From: Lytechinus pictus
Lineage: Eukaryota
NCBI RefSeq assembly: GCF_037042905.1
Contig: NC_087251.1
Span: 18,354,001 to 18,418,000 of the forward strand
Length of the DNA stretch: 64,000 nt
Direction: 5' to 3'
In this document: in pieces, positions 51,173 to 64,000 of the stretch
Layout of the letters: each line of letters starts with the position of its first letter
How positions within the stretch are numbered: the first letter of the stretch is position 1
The notes under the pieces: generated by a model
Told to the model about the DNA's origin: nothing
The model's input: only the letters and a program-made list of their open reading frames with translations
Database searches by the model: none
Translations under genes and position numbers: made by a program

Positions 51173-53107
51173 CTGGTCTTGATCCAAAATTGCAAATCCG
51201 TTGCATGATTATCTTTATTAATGCTGAGATGTGTTTTTTTCATAAAGATTGTAGGTCCCAGGGTTTAACAATAGGTCTAACTCTGTGCTAAAATTATGGG
51301 GCGCCAAAAATTGGAAAATTCTGTTTATATTGTATATTTCTTATGTTTACTATTTTGTTTCCTTTTGCTTTCATAATGACGAAAAATACTTCAAAGTACT
51401 TCAGTTATCATTTCCGGACAATTTGGGTGTCATAATGAGTTAATGAATTGGATGTGTACTTTTAGGGATTTGTAACCCAATTGGCTCTCCATAGTTAAAC
51501 CACAACTTTAAACCAGGGTTTAATTTAAACCCGAGTTCAGAATACGGGCCCTTATGTTTATCTATTCCTGCATAATTTATTATTATATCTGAAAGAAAAT
51601 CATAGTTCAGTCAAGTTCGCAAGGTTATGCCTGGCTTTACTCTTTGAAAAATATGAGGTGAAAATGAGTATAACATTTGATTAATGAACGAATTTCGGTC
51701 GTCATTAATTGTGAATCGAATTTAAATGGAAAATTGTTACAAAAGTAATAAAATCGGACAACAATACGGAATTAAGAATGACTAAATAAACAAAAACATT
51801 TTTTTTTCTTTCTCAAAATTTGCTTCCAATGACATTTTAACCAATTTATCATCTATGTTGATAATTGACTGGGGTGCTCAGAGGAGACAATCATGCCAAA
51901 TGAAATAAGAAAATAATGTTTACTCATAACATCCACTGAACAAATTTTAGATATTTTAGTCAACTCGGTTTCCACACAGCCTTAACCGATCTCTGTCTAG
52001 ATTACTTCTTTGTCTGATTTCTATCAACTTTCAGTTTATTCTTCTTTTTATTTGCACAATATTTTTGTATTTCCAAGGATGAAACTGTTAGTACTTGTCA
52101 AAAATCATTCACTTTTTTTTAAATGGAAAACAGTGAAGGCTTTACAACGTTGTAATCAACCGAAACTGCACTAAAAAAATCACTGATTTTAAACGATATA
52201 CAACTTCGTAGTCGGTTTAATTATAGATAATACAAGTCTTATGGTTTTGAAATGTATTATTGATCTTAAATCACTCATTATATGACATTTTTTACGTATA
52301 ACTCGGTGAAGAGATATGTGGCGATAGTGGGAAATCCTTTAATATTTCGGAAAGTAATGGGTACGGTTAGATGATGTATACAAGAACCGATTATGATAGT
52401 TCACTAAGACTGAATAAATTACACATCTAATATAACTATTGCACAACATCACATTAAGATAGTTTTATGCAAGACCTGTAAATGTAACCTAATTGATCAC
52501 TTCAGAACTTATTCATTGGTGCAACGCAAATTTACTAGTCTGCTCCTGAGCCTAGATCCTTGTCGGCTTTATTTTTATACACACGGATTGAGAGCCAAGA
52601 AACAGGCGAGTCACTTAAAATACTTGTATATAAGTACATACTGCACTGAAACTGTATATAATATTTTGTTTTGTTCAGATTGAATTCTTTTCATGTATGA
52701 GAAACAATATGACATTTCTTTTCGGTTTTACATTCGCATCTGAACGTATTACGATTTTAGATCGGAACTTTGCAATTAAAAACAAATGCAGAAACTTAAA
52801 CACGAAAGTGGTGTGATATGAACTACAGAGAGGAGGGGGAGGGTTATAATTGTATATATATTTTGTTTACTAAGAAATTGAATAGCGGCTTCCTCTTTAT
52901 CCAAGAGCTTTGTCAAAGGTAAGATGTATACAGCATAAATAATAAGAAAGATACTTTAATAATATTGGCATATTGCACTTTGTTTGAAATATAAATCAAC
53001 AAATCAATCGGATAATGAAATATGACATGACTGTGTATGACCAGTTCTGAGTTGATGATTTCGTCACTAAAACAATTAAGGTATTAGTTTGTGTCCTGTC
53101 GGCTTAT

Positions 53108-54475
53108 TCAAAAAGATTTACTCTTGTCCCCACTGGACAACTTTCTCGGTCCGATTCTTGGAGTATTAGGTGGTATATTATTCTGCCTCTCCTCTGAGAT
53201 CCTCATAAGAGCCCTCCGCCTATTCTGCATCTCGATGCATTCACTAGGAGTCATAAGACGAGTGCTCAGATTTTCACCCGATTTTCTCCTTTCTAGTATC
53301 TTCTTCTGCGATGCTACGAGAACCTGAAGAGCCTTGGTCCCGATTTTTGGCGGGACTGGTCCTCTTTTGCTCCCAGATGATCGAGAGCTACTAGAAACGG
53401 AGCCCACTTCTACTACAATATTTTCCCTCGACACCGATGGTCGTCGAGCACCAGGGAATAAGCTGGACGTGGCAGGAGCCCCGAAGTCGTCTTCGCTCAT
53501 CCCGCTTTGGGGTCGCGGAAAAAATGAGGAAGGAGCGGCAGGCGATCGCCGAGGTGCCGACAGCGTGAACAATTGAGGAGGATTGGCGGGAAATGGGGAT
53601 GATTCTTTCCTTGACGACGGGCGATCGATAGTCTGATGAAAGTGGAATGGAGATGATGCTCCCAATCTTTGGTTGCTGGCTGGGAATAAGGTGTTTTGGC
53701 TTTGAGTTCTTGGTGAATTTCCCCTTAAATTTGAGCCCAACGTAGCGCCAGTGTTTGAATCCGAGTCCACATTGTTCGGCGGCAAAGGGCTCGATATTCG
53801 TTGGAACTGGTCTCTCATCGCATTCAGATTCAGCGCCGTTAGACGGGCCGTTGTTTTCAGTGTTGATTCTGAAATTCCTGCAAGGGCAGATGAGTTATCA
53901 ACTTGTTCTCTTGATGTTAATCGAGATTGTACCTTTGGTTTTCCGGGTTCAGGTTTGTCATCCGTACTCTTTGGTGTAATGTTCACTCGCATCATCCCAT
54001 TCGGTCTCGTCAAGTAAATTTTTGCCTTTTTTGTGTCCTGTTCTTGACTTTTATTTTTCTCTAACTTCTGTGCCTGACTATCGTCAGTGGATCCGTCACT
54101 ATCTCCGTCATCATCATCATCATCATCGTCGTCTTCTTCATCGCTATCATCGTAATCGTCAACCTCTTTCCGCCTTTTCTTTTGCTTGCCCTTCTTGCAT
54201 TTCGGATTGGCACCCGGTTGTCGGTTCCGCGATTTTACCGTCGATTCGTCATCCTCCTTATTCACCTGTTTGATGCAATGTAAGAACTGTTTCAGTTCTG
54301 AATATTCCCGATTATGGACCAACATAGTTTCAATGTAATCCTTTCTTAGCTTTGCCTGATGACGTTGGAGTTTCTGCTGGTCGTGTTTAAACTGATTTGA
54401 ATTGATCAAATCCACTTCGGCGAGAGTCATACTCTCCCGTTTTGCCAAAAGTCTGTTAGAACCCTGTCCGCTCAT
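53108..54475 (-). CDS. Uncharacterised 455-aa protein: N-terminal coiled coil, basic patch, acidic tract, S/P-rich disordered region
   Basis: 1368-bp uninterrupted non-repetitive ORF with raised GC in an AT-rich background. Start context CAAGATGA with A at -3. Family not recognised. Confidence 0.85.
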   Translation of the reverse strand: MSGQGSNRLLAKRESMTLAEVDLINSNQFKHDQQKLQRHQAKLRKDYIETMLVHNREYSELKQFLHCIKQVNKEDDESTVKSRNRQPGANPKCKKGKQKKRRKEVDDYDDSDEEDDDDDDDDDGDSDGSTDDSQAQKLEKNKSQEQDTKKAKIYLTRPNGMMRVNITPKSTDDKPEPGKPKVQSRLTSREQVDNSSALAGISESTLKTTARLTALNLNAMRDQFQRISSPLPPNNVDSDSNTGATLGSNLRGNSPRTQSQNTLFPASNQRLGASSPFHFHQTIDRPSSRKESSPFPANPPQLFTLSAPRRSPAAPSSFFPRPQSGMSEDDFGAPATSSLFPGARRPSVSRENIVVEVGSVSSSSRSSGSKRGPVPPKIGTKALQVLVASQKKILERRKSGENLSTRLMTPSECIEMQNRRRALMRISEERQNNIPPNTPRIGPRKLSSGDKSKSF

Positions 54476-56479
54476 CTTGATGTCGAAGAAAAGGCTGATC
54501 CTAATTATTTATAATTTGACTCAAGTTAGTGTTGTCGGGATACTGACGGTCCTTTTATAAAGACACTATATATATCCCACAAAGTATTGATGCGTTCCAA
54601 TATGAATCACATTTTCACGTGGCACCTCCTCGTCAACACTTGAAAATATAGAAACATCTCGACAAAGAAATTTTCTTTGTTGCGGAACCTCAAGTTTAAA
54701 AGTTAGCAGTTAGTCAATTTGTTATATCTGTATCCTCACACTGTCCGATGTTCATTTATGGTAACAGAATTTGAGTTTGTAAGAAATCAAATTGAGAAGA
54801 ACAATATCCGTCTATAATTGTCCGGGTATCGTCAAATGCTCCTTTCAAATATTAAATCACAATGAGTGTTGTCGCTAACATCTCAAGTCGCTTTATACCA
54901 TCAATAAGCACTTAAAACTTCCAAAATATATAACAATTTGTCGTACGCAATTAAGTAACAGGATTTTCACAGCACTAGTCACAACACTGCTGATGTGGTG
55001 AAGTCCATTAGTGACAGTAATATGCAAAGTGTCTCGCTTCCTCAACCACCCTAATGTCTTGGTAATCATAGCGATAGAGGGGTTGCAGAGTGATGCTAAC
55101 TAAATCTCTGTATAATTACGCAATAGACGATCAATACAGCTCTCTCATAACCAGACATCGCTTCTTCAAGGTTTAATCCTCTCGTCCTATCTCAAAACCT
55201 CCAAGGAACCCTTAGCAGTGCTCCCTTTGCTGACCATCTTAAGAATCCATAGTAGCGCCATTTTCCCACTGTTGATCAGAGATTTAAAGTTTGTTATGCT
55301 TGGTTTCGGATCTTATTCACTCCTTTCATGTTTTACCAAGCGGTCTAGTGAATGGATTCCCCACGGAAAGACATCTTGATGTTATTATAATTGAGGGGCG
55401 GAATTGTTGAATTTCTGATAAAGACGACCCCAAGATATGTGCCCATGATATAAAAGAGAATATTCTGATTCAATAAATTGAGGAGATTCGTACAAAGGGT
55501 CATGAATAGTTCCTAATTGGTTTTCCTATATTATTATAAAAAGTTCCGACGGCATTTTAAATAGAAAGTATATATGATGCAAAATAAAATATATGTACAA
55601 CAAAAACCAAATAAAAACTTTAAACAGTTCCTTTATAACAAGGTATACACATCGATTTGTAAGTTTCAATTGAATTCAACTTTTTGATCTGTAGAACGTT
55701 CGTTTTAATGTAATAAAGATGAAATGAAATTAGAATAAAAAGATGGGACGACGATTGATATTTGAAGCAAAGGGATGGATTTAATTGGAAAGTGACATGA
55801 CAAGCTATTAACGCTGTTCGAAAGGATGTTCATCCTTCCTAACCTCATCCTCGATTATACTGCGTATATAATCCTCTATACAATTGATTCTTATTAAACT
55901 GACTGGTATAATTACTTATGAATAACACGTCATTCATAAAAATGACGAGATTTCTAGTAAGAATGTGTTTTATGACTGATAGGAGATATCTGGTGGCCCT
56001 TTCCATAGAATCGTGCAAATTCCTAAATTTCCTGGAGAGAATGATACTGTAATCCTTATTTTAATAATTGTTCTAGAATCTAGAGTGTATGGAATTCATC
56101 TCATTTTCTCTGTACCTTCTCTGTTTGTTTGCTAATTGGTTCTTAATGAACTCTTTGTATTTGGCAAACAATGACCAGCGACGTTACCACTTATAATTAA
56201 AGGTGGATCACGACACGATGGTACCGGCAATTACGGACGGAAATTCATTTCGGCGAGCTAGTAAAGGTTGTCCACACACCCTGACATCAAACTGGTATAT
56301 AATAGAAGCAGAATAAGGTTCAACCAAAACAAATGAAATTAAAATAAAAACTGTATTATCGTTATTCTTTAAAGGGTCAAAGTTTGGTCGTTCCCGAGCT
56401 CGCACGATCCCTCTCAGAAATTTTGAGAGAAATCGTATCACTTTTAATTCTGTGCCCCTATTATATTTATGAATCTTTA

Positions 56480-56862
56480 TAAAATAGGTGTATTATTTCA
56501 AGCATCGCGATTGGCCAATACGCGTCACATGACATCCAACTTTTTTGTGCACTGCACGGCAGTGCAAAAGGTGCGCAAAGAAAATTGACATTGCACGCTC
56601 AAGCAAACCAGTGCGGTAGAAGTCCAACAAAACTGTACTGTAACTTTTTACAAATTTGTTTCTGTGTTGCTATTTTATAAAACAAATAATGCACTTGCTC
56701 TGTCGTGCGTAAAAGTAAATGCAGAGAAAGCTCGGTTTCTTCAGATGGAGCACACTGGGCACTCGCCGCAAGCGGCTCGTGCACAGTGCACCTATCTAAA
56801 GAAACCTCGCGTGCTCTGCATTTCCACTAACGCACTCGGCTGCATGCATTATTTGTATAATA
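56480..56862. mobile_element. Repeat-like element with internal inverted repeat (possibly Crypton-like non-autonomous)
   Basis: ACAAATAATGCA (~56682) / TGCATTATTTGT (~56845) inverted pair, plus GATTGGCCAAT and GTGCAC-type palindromes. No TSD seen. Confidence 0.3.
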
Positions 56863-59837
56863 TTTCAATAGGCATGATGAGGGTCAGTTTGTTGTATTTG
56901 TAAATTCAATTCAATTCAATTTGATTTTACTCCATTCCATTCAGAAATATAGTGACATCAGCAGGTATGGTAAATGAAATATATTACGATAATATAGATA
57001 CTAAAATTATGTGATTAAAATGTACTACTGTAAACCCTAGAGGGTTTGCCTGGACTGCCAAAATATCAACATTAAACAAAGTCGTTGAAAAGGGGTAGTT
57101 TGATTGCATAAAACCGAGCATAAACCAAAGAATGCGAAAAGAATATGAAAATGGAAAAGTTAAACATTTAATTTGAAAGAAGTAAAACTCATCTAGTACC
57201 GAAGTCCGATGGGGCGCAGTAAACGTATAGGGAGGAAGGGGGTGAAGCAAAACTTGAAATCATGATAGGGTAAAACTGCCACTAAAATACAACAATTCAC
57301 TAGAACTCGATCGCTTCGCTCCCTCGCATTTTCCTTTTGGAATAAGAAGGGTTTACAGATTGTTTATGAGAAATATATCGTCACTTTATGAGTGAGATCA
57401 CTCCCCCTTTTTTTGTTCCCATTGTTTGAAATCCTGGATCCAGGAGCAACACCCTGCCCCACCCCCTCTGAATGAAATAGATGGGAGTTTATCTCAAGCC
57501 GATCCACTGTAGTCCATTAATAGCCTCCAATGAAATATTTGAGACCTTATAGTATACTTGAGTAAAGCCCTACCTCGAGCTGTATCTTTAAATTGAAAGG
57601 GGATTTACCACTACCACTGGCTTAACTATCTGATCCCCCTTCCAGTAAGCTTTCTTAAGATTGGGATGAAAGGTTCTTGTTATCTTTAGGCATGATATTT
57701 AGGTGTTACTATGGTAGCTTAATCATTTTAGCCGTCACGGTAAAGCCATGGAGGCAAAGGCTTTCGCTCATTTGAGACGCACATGCCCAAACCTCGTCAT
57801 GTTCGTAACTGAGGTGGCAGAATAACTAGAGGTTGGTTCGGATGACTCCCCCCCCCCCCCCTCCCTCCGGCCCTGCTATAGTTACAAAACGGAAAAAAAA
57901 GAGTAAAGACGCGAATGGAAGGGAAACTGTAAAACTTTATAATTAAATATCACCATTAAAGTTTTTCTCGCTCGCTTGCCTTTAATTCTCGTATATCATT
58001 TCCGGCGATTTAGTTGTCACATTTGACAATATACCCGAGAAACGTTAATAATTCCATGCATTTTGTTTATGATGCTTTATTTTCGTGTTTCATTTTGTAA
58101 TGGCACGGCTAGTTTGTTTTCTTTGTCTTGTTTGAAATAAGAACCACTTAATTTGATATTGTTTTGAAATCTTTTGTGTATGCACATGCGTAAGTCGACT
58201 TATGAAAAGCTGCCGTCAAAAAAGAACGGCAGCTTTTAGAAGTTTTTTTTTCGAAGTTTTTTGTTGTTGTAGTGGCTATAACTACTTGAACAAAAAACTT
58301 CTAAAAGTCAACAAAGCCAGTGATGAATAGCGCCATCCAGAATGAGTTCATGCCACTCTCGTATACTCCTATAGCTTCGATCCATTTCTCCTAATTTTAT
58401 TTTAATATATATATATTTTTTTTTTGGGGGGGGGCATTGGGGACGTATTTAAGCAATGTGTTTGATCTACAATATTTCTTTTTTTTTTCATTTCAACAGC
58501 CCATATTTCTCGTTTATTCAGGGAAATTTGTTTTACACATGGGCAGTGTCAACAAATTGGGGAATCTCTTTCGTTTGTGAATCATGTTTATCACGCAATG
58601 GTAAATAATATGAAGTAACAACTCTAAATTGTTTTTTTTTCATACATCCGATTTTCTGTTTGGCTGAGGCTGATTTTCTATTAAATAATTTTTGGTGCAT
58701 TTAGGCCTACCTAAGAAATTAATATTGATTGCTTTAAAATTATTAGTTTGGTCTTCCTTGAATTTGCATGGTTGATCAACATTAAGCTATTATTATTGCA
58801 AAGTCCGTATGCATATATAAATATAAAATAATTATTCTACTAATTAGGCTAATGGTTAACGGTTCTAATACACAACCCTCTTTATGTATGTTATAGTGGA
58901 GACGGAATGCTGGCTTTCCACACTGAGCTAGAGGTAGGGGCAAATCCATGATAATCTGTCAATGTAATGTCTGAGAAAGGAGAGAACCCTTTAAATTCTT
59001 TTCTTAGACTCATTAAATAACAATTGAAGCAATACATTAATTATCCTTATTATGGTGACTGGCCCCAGTTTGAACAGATCGAGAGCTACTAGCTTCATGG
59101 TTTGAAGGTAATTTTCGAAACTGTTAACATTCTACATGTAGAAGGAGAGTTAAGCCAGGTAGGGGCGCCACCTTTATACAGGGATCTCTTTACAGCTGTC
59201 TTCGAAGCTCTGAATTTTAGAAATTTCTTTGGAAATTTAACCTGCTCTAATTTTGATATTTCTTAGATTAGACATAACTCGATTAAGAAGAAAAACGAGC
59301 TCAAAATGTGAAAGGGATGGTGCAAGCTAAAAGAGGGACTTTTTTCCCATGCTCGCGAAGCACGAAAACCTCTGTGATTTATTTTGGAAGAAGAAAAAAT
59401 TGTGTAATTTCGCTCATATAAACTAAGCGCTTCCTTTTGTTTAAGAAACTTCAATGATAATCAAAATGTCAAATCAATGGCGCAAAACAAGACAGGAGAT
59501 GGATGTGCAGCAATATAGAATAAAGTTTAATATCATACATACTTTTGCATAAAGCACGGCACGAATTTACTGCTACCCCCTTTGAGCAGATACTTTGCAA
59601 AAAAATTTACTTGCTGAAAAGCGAAAGAAAATAGCATTTGGGGATTTCGGGAGTGATGGTAATGTTTACCAGCTCGGAATTTTGTGTCAATGCAATATGA
59701 ACAAAAAATACTATTCACACTCTATGTATACTTAAAAACTTCTGGCAAGAATATACGTTTCCCACAGCCGGGAAGGGTAAAAACGGAGTATAATAAAGGC
59801 GTGGGGAAACTAAAGGGAATGGAAATTTTATAGTTTT

Positions 59838-60082
59838 CTTCCCGCGCGGAGCGCTAAAGCAAAATTTTGTATGAAGAGAGAGAAGAACGTCTCGTTTGGG
59901 TTTTTATTCTTTTGACCCCCCAAAAAAGGAAAAAAAAAACAAAAAAAAAGATATACCTTCCTTCCCTTTTCTTCTTTCGCTTTTTCTTTTTCTCCTTTCC
60001 CCTTCTTTTTTTTCTTTTTTGGGGGCATTTTTTTTTTTGGGGGGGGGCGACTGCCCCCACCGCCCCCCTGGCTACGCGCCTG
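59838..60082. mobile_element. hAT-like element end fragment
   Basis: GGGGGGGCGACTGCCCCCACCGCCCCCCTGGCTACGCGCCTG end preceded by a T/C-rich tract, the same layout as 4720-4854. Confidence 0.55.
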
Positions 60083-60189
60083 GGTTAGCTTTCTACTTCC
60101 TTGGGTCATGTGGATTAAGAATACGAATTTAAATTTCCTATTTTTTTTTTGAACGAACCCTACCCCAGTACCCCCTTCAAACTGTACAC

Positions 60190-60384
60190 TGCCCCCCCCC
60201 CCCCCCCCGCGTATTTGTATTCAAGCTCAATCTAGCTCGGCCTCGGGGTCCAGCGACAGGGAGCTCGGCCGGAGGCGGCGAGGGCCATGCCATCACCAGG
60301 GACCGGAGGACCGAGCAGTCACAAGTCGAAACGAGCTCTGAAAAGTACGGCTCGCGTTATTCATGTTATTGTTTCACTGTAAGT
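60190..60384 (+). promoter_or_regulatory. GC/CpG-rich putative promoter and first exon
   Basis: Poly-C followed by a GC-rich block. GCCATG at 60287 is open to the donor ACT|GTAAGT at 60378/60379. Confidence 0.35.
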
Positions 60385-61090
60385 AAAAAAGTTTCATTTC
60401 ATTGTATGTTGTACGAAACGGAAGAATCATTTAGGTCTGCTCTATTGATCAGGCTTGGAATTTATGTGTTTGTTGTGTCATTGACACTCTAGTTCATCTA
60501 AGTTACTTCTTAATGTTAACTGAGCTTGTTTTTGGTAAAATTTTCCGTACTTCAGTCCCACGTATGAACATTTTTGTGGCCTTTCGCATAGAGTACGCCT
60601 ATCGACTATCGTGTCGACGATCAATACTAACCTCGTACTAGTGTGAGTGGTCGACGATCGACTCGCATCATTTCTGTCCAATAGCAATGCAATGACAATG
60701 ACCATAGCAATGGAATAGAGCACATCCTCCTCACAGTGATGCAGTCGCGCCAGCAAAAGAGTTATAAAAAATTGCCTTGTTTCGTTTTGCGATGCAAAAC
60801 TGCACTAGCATCTAAATTGTCTTGATATCGTTGGTGCCAGAATGCAGATGATGATGACAGATGATTAATTTTAAGAGAAGAGGTGAAAGAGGATGATGAT
60901 TTCATGATGATTAATAAATTGACTGATTGAATAATGATCATTGATGATGATGATAATGGTGATTGATTTAAATTAATGATGCTCCTTGATGATTGATGAC
61001 AACAAATGATGAATAAAGATGTTAAAAGACAGAATTAAAGAACAAGGTCAAGTTGTCTGTTGTCTTTTGGTCCCATGTCTAGACGCTTAA

Positions 61091-61776
61091 GCCTAATACT
61101 CCCAGGGTATTTTGATTCTTGTCATCATGGGGGGGATGTATTGTGATTGTGGCAGATCATGCAATCACGATAAAAGAGAATTATGTATTTTTATGCATTT
61201 GCATAGGTGAACTTTACTAAATTCATATTTTGTTTTTTATGACTTGTGCAAATTTATTTAAAAAAATCATACTCCTTGCTCTAATTCATTACATAAAGCT
61301 CCTTGAATGATGTTGATGATATAAAAAAATTCTGGTAACAAAATAAAATTCTTATGTATTTTATTTTTATGATTTTCTTATGTAGGCTATTCCTTTGTGA
61401 AAAGTTTGTTTTGTTCATCTTTTTATTTTTATTGAGTTTTCTGCAAAATTTGTCAGGGACATTATTTCAGCCTTTAAATAGCATTAAATTAAATGACTCA
61501 TTTAATCACTCATTTACAAATTATAACTGAAAACATATTTTGACTTTGTAAATCAAAACAGTTTTTTTATTAATTTTGTGTTTGACATGCACGTACATGA
61601 TTTTTGCCTTGGTAGCCATGTAGGCGCATGCCCAGACATCAAAACTTTGGTCTAAAAAATTGTGCAAGACTTGAAAATAAAAAGTCAGCAGGTGGGGCAG
61701 TCAACAAATTTTGCATGGCAGGTTTATCACAAAAAATATTGAGGGGGGTCATTATACACTTCCGAGAGTATTAGGG
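61091..61776. mobile_element. piggyBac-like MITE
   Basis: TTAA|GCCTAATACT ... AGTATTAGGG|TTAA. Confidence 0.7.
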
Positions 61777-62043
61777 TTAAGTAGATAAAAAAATACTTAT
61801 TTTTTTGCTCCTGGTTCTCCCAATGCCAACATATAAACAATTGTAAAGGGTTGTGCTTTGTACAGTACATGTATGTAATAATTGCCTTGACATTCTGAAA
61901 TATTGCTTGTAAAGTTTTGAAAGATATTTGTCCAGACATGCTCTAAGTGGGTATAACACCAAGTAACTGTCTGTTCTGGGGATAATTATTGATTAATTAC
62001 ATACAATTTTTTTCATTGTTCACTTATTTCACTATACATGTAG

Positions 62044-64000
62044 CAGGGTGCGACATAAGCGCTTGCCCGATTGCCCGGGGCAAGTAAAAGTTAGAGTCGG
62101 GCAAGTGTTTTGAAGCAAAGACAAAAACTGCTTGCCCGAATGGGGCAAGCAAAAATCTCCTATGGAAATTATATTTTAGAAAGATTCCCCATATTTCACC
62201 ATAAAAATAAAGACAAAAAAAAGACAAAAAAAAGCAATATCATTAATTTCTTCTTTCAAAAAAGTTTATTTCGAATTGCAAAATTTGCGCCATTTTCTGC
62301 AATAAACACACAGCTCAGAGACGCACACACACACAGAATCAATGGCAGTCTAGCGTACCTAGCTCGCTAGCACCTAGTCCACGCAACCGATGCGTGTAGT
62401 TAAGTTTCTACGGAGTACGAGTAGGTCAACAGCCTACAGTGCTGCACAAACGAAGTTTGCTCTGGAAGAAACCTCCCACTGTACTGTCAAAATTCACATT
62501 TCTTACCAATGAAAATTCTTGTAATGTCCATATTTCCTAAAAATTGGGGTAGCTCTGTCATTTGTAAGCAGTAAAAGGAGAAATTTTCACTTCTGGTATG
62601 CTTCAAAAAGATCGGGTTTCGAATGATCGTCTGTATCGCACACACTGAAATACATTGTTTGACAGTCCCACATATGCATTTGTGTGTATGTTGATGAACG
62701 TGGTTTCTTTCGTCCCTTTTTTTTTTAGCCAAGGAAATTTATAAATTTTCTTCTTTATTTATGACTGGATAATTTGAGCTTTCTTCCTCGCTATTTTCTT
62801 TCTTTCTGCCTATCTTTCCTTCTTTTGAATCTCTCTTTATTTCTTTAAATTTCCTTCCTTCTTTTGTTCATTTTTTCTGTTACTATAGCTGTCTTTCTTT
62901 TTTGTCATTTTTTCTTTCTATCTTTTTTTCTTTCTTCCTTCCATCCAACCTTTGTTTACCTCTTTCTTTAATCCTTCCTTCTTTTTCCCCTTCCTTTCAT
63001 TCTTCCTTACTGTCTTCCTTCCGTCCATCCATTCTTTACCTTTTCTTCCTGTCTTTTTTTCTTCCTTACTTTCTTCATCCCTTTCATTCTTTCTTTTCTT
63101 TCTTTCCTTCATTCCTTCTTGTCTTTCATTCTTTCTTTCTCCTTCTTTTCTTTCCTTCTTTCTTTCTTTCTATTTTTCTTTATTTCTGTCTGTCGTTCTT
63201 TTGATCTTTCTTTTTTTCCATCCATCCTTTCTTTTCTTATTTTTTCTTTCTGCCTTCCTTCATCTCCTTCTTTCATTCCTTCCTTCATTTCTTTCTGTCT
63301 TTCATTGTATCTTTCTTTTCTTTTTTTTCCTTCCTTCCATCTATCCTTATACCTTTTCTTTCTTCCTTTCTTCCTTCTTTCCTTTCTCTTGTTTTCTTTC
63401 TTTCCCTTTTCCTTCCTTTCTGTTTACCTTTTTTCTTTTATTCATTCCTTCCTTTCTCTTCCTCTCATTTTTTTTCAATTTTTTTCTTTTTCTTTTTTCT
63501 TTCCATCCTCCTTTCCCTTATTTCTTTCCATCTTTCTCTTCCCCGCAGCCAATATCTCTCTCTCTTTCTTTCTTTATTTCTTTTTTTTCTTTCTTCCTTT
63601 ATTTCTTCGTCCTTTCTGTCTTTCTTCTTACTTTTTTTTCTTTCATTCTCTCCCCCTCTCTTAATTTTTTTTCTCTGGTTATTTTCAGTGATTTCCCCTT
63701 TTTTATTGTGTGTCCTAGTCCCCTCCAAAATATATGGAAAATATATGAGATTAGGAAATTAATTAAAAAGCATATTTACCATTTTGTCATGATGTTCAAG
63801 ATAAAAATCATTAAAAAAAAAGAAATACAACTACAAGGTACATCAGTAGTCATGTTAAAAAATGTATTTTTAAAGCCGTCAATGGTATGGTATGTAAAAC
63901 TATAAGGCTTTAACTTGTTTTGAAGCAATAAAACTTTGTTTTGAAGGATTTTTTCGGGCAAGTGAAATCTATATTCGGGCAAGTATTTTCCAACTATTTG
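62044..64000. mobile_element. hAT-like element (GGGCAAGT-motif family) with TC-rich interior, running off the window end
   Basis: CAGGGTGCGACAT start, with repeated CTTGCCCG/CGGGCAAGT at 62060-62150 and 63955-63985. Interior 62522-62790 is homologous to 33765-34020. Confidence 0.8.

Noticed and set aside
53091..54273. Plus-strand ORFs overlapping the 455-aa gene
   Set aside because: Short antisense shadows of a GC-richer coding region.
62902..63905. 317-aa and related F/L/S-rich ORFs
   Set aside because: Low-complexity TC tract inside a hAT-like element.

Overview
AT-rich, repeat-dense animal genomic DNA with GT-AG spliceosomal introns. The repeat landscape suggests a sea urchin or related invertebrate deuterostome, but that is inference. 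Two protein-coding genes are supported. (1) A six-coding-exon M14 zinc carboxypeptidase on the + strand (38948-46263, about 448 aa as reconstructed by hand), with an N-terminal hydrophobic signal, no obvious pro-domain and a C-terminal transmembrane segment. (2) A convergent 455-aa single-ORF coiled-coil/low-complexity protein of unknown function (53108-54475, - strand). Two further promoter/first-exon candidates lie near 14.0 kb and 60.3 kb. Most of the rest is non-autonomous DNA transposons, many with clear TIRs and TSDs (hAT-, Tc1/mariner-, Ginger-, Academ-, IS3EU-, Harbinger-, piggyBac- and CACTA-like), often nested, plus microsatellites and tRNA-derived SINE pieces. No transposase ORF was found. 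The most striking structures are: a 5.2-kb foldback element carrying about 20 RFX X-box-type palindromes (GTTGCCATGGCAAC); a 7-kb IS3EU-like foldback with three (ACGT)-palindrome minisatellites and an insertion whose empty site survives in the opposite arm; and two sister hAT-like families that share an interior but have switched their subterminal motif. Superfamily labels rest on terminus/TSD rules only, not on database searches.
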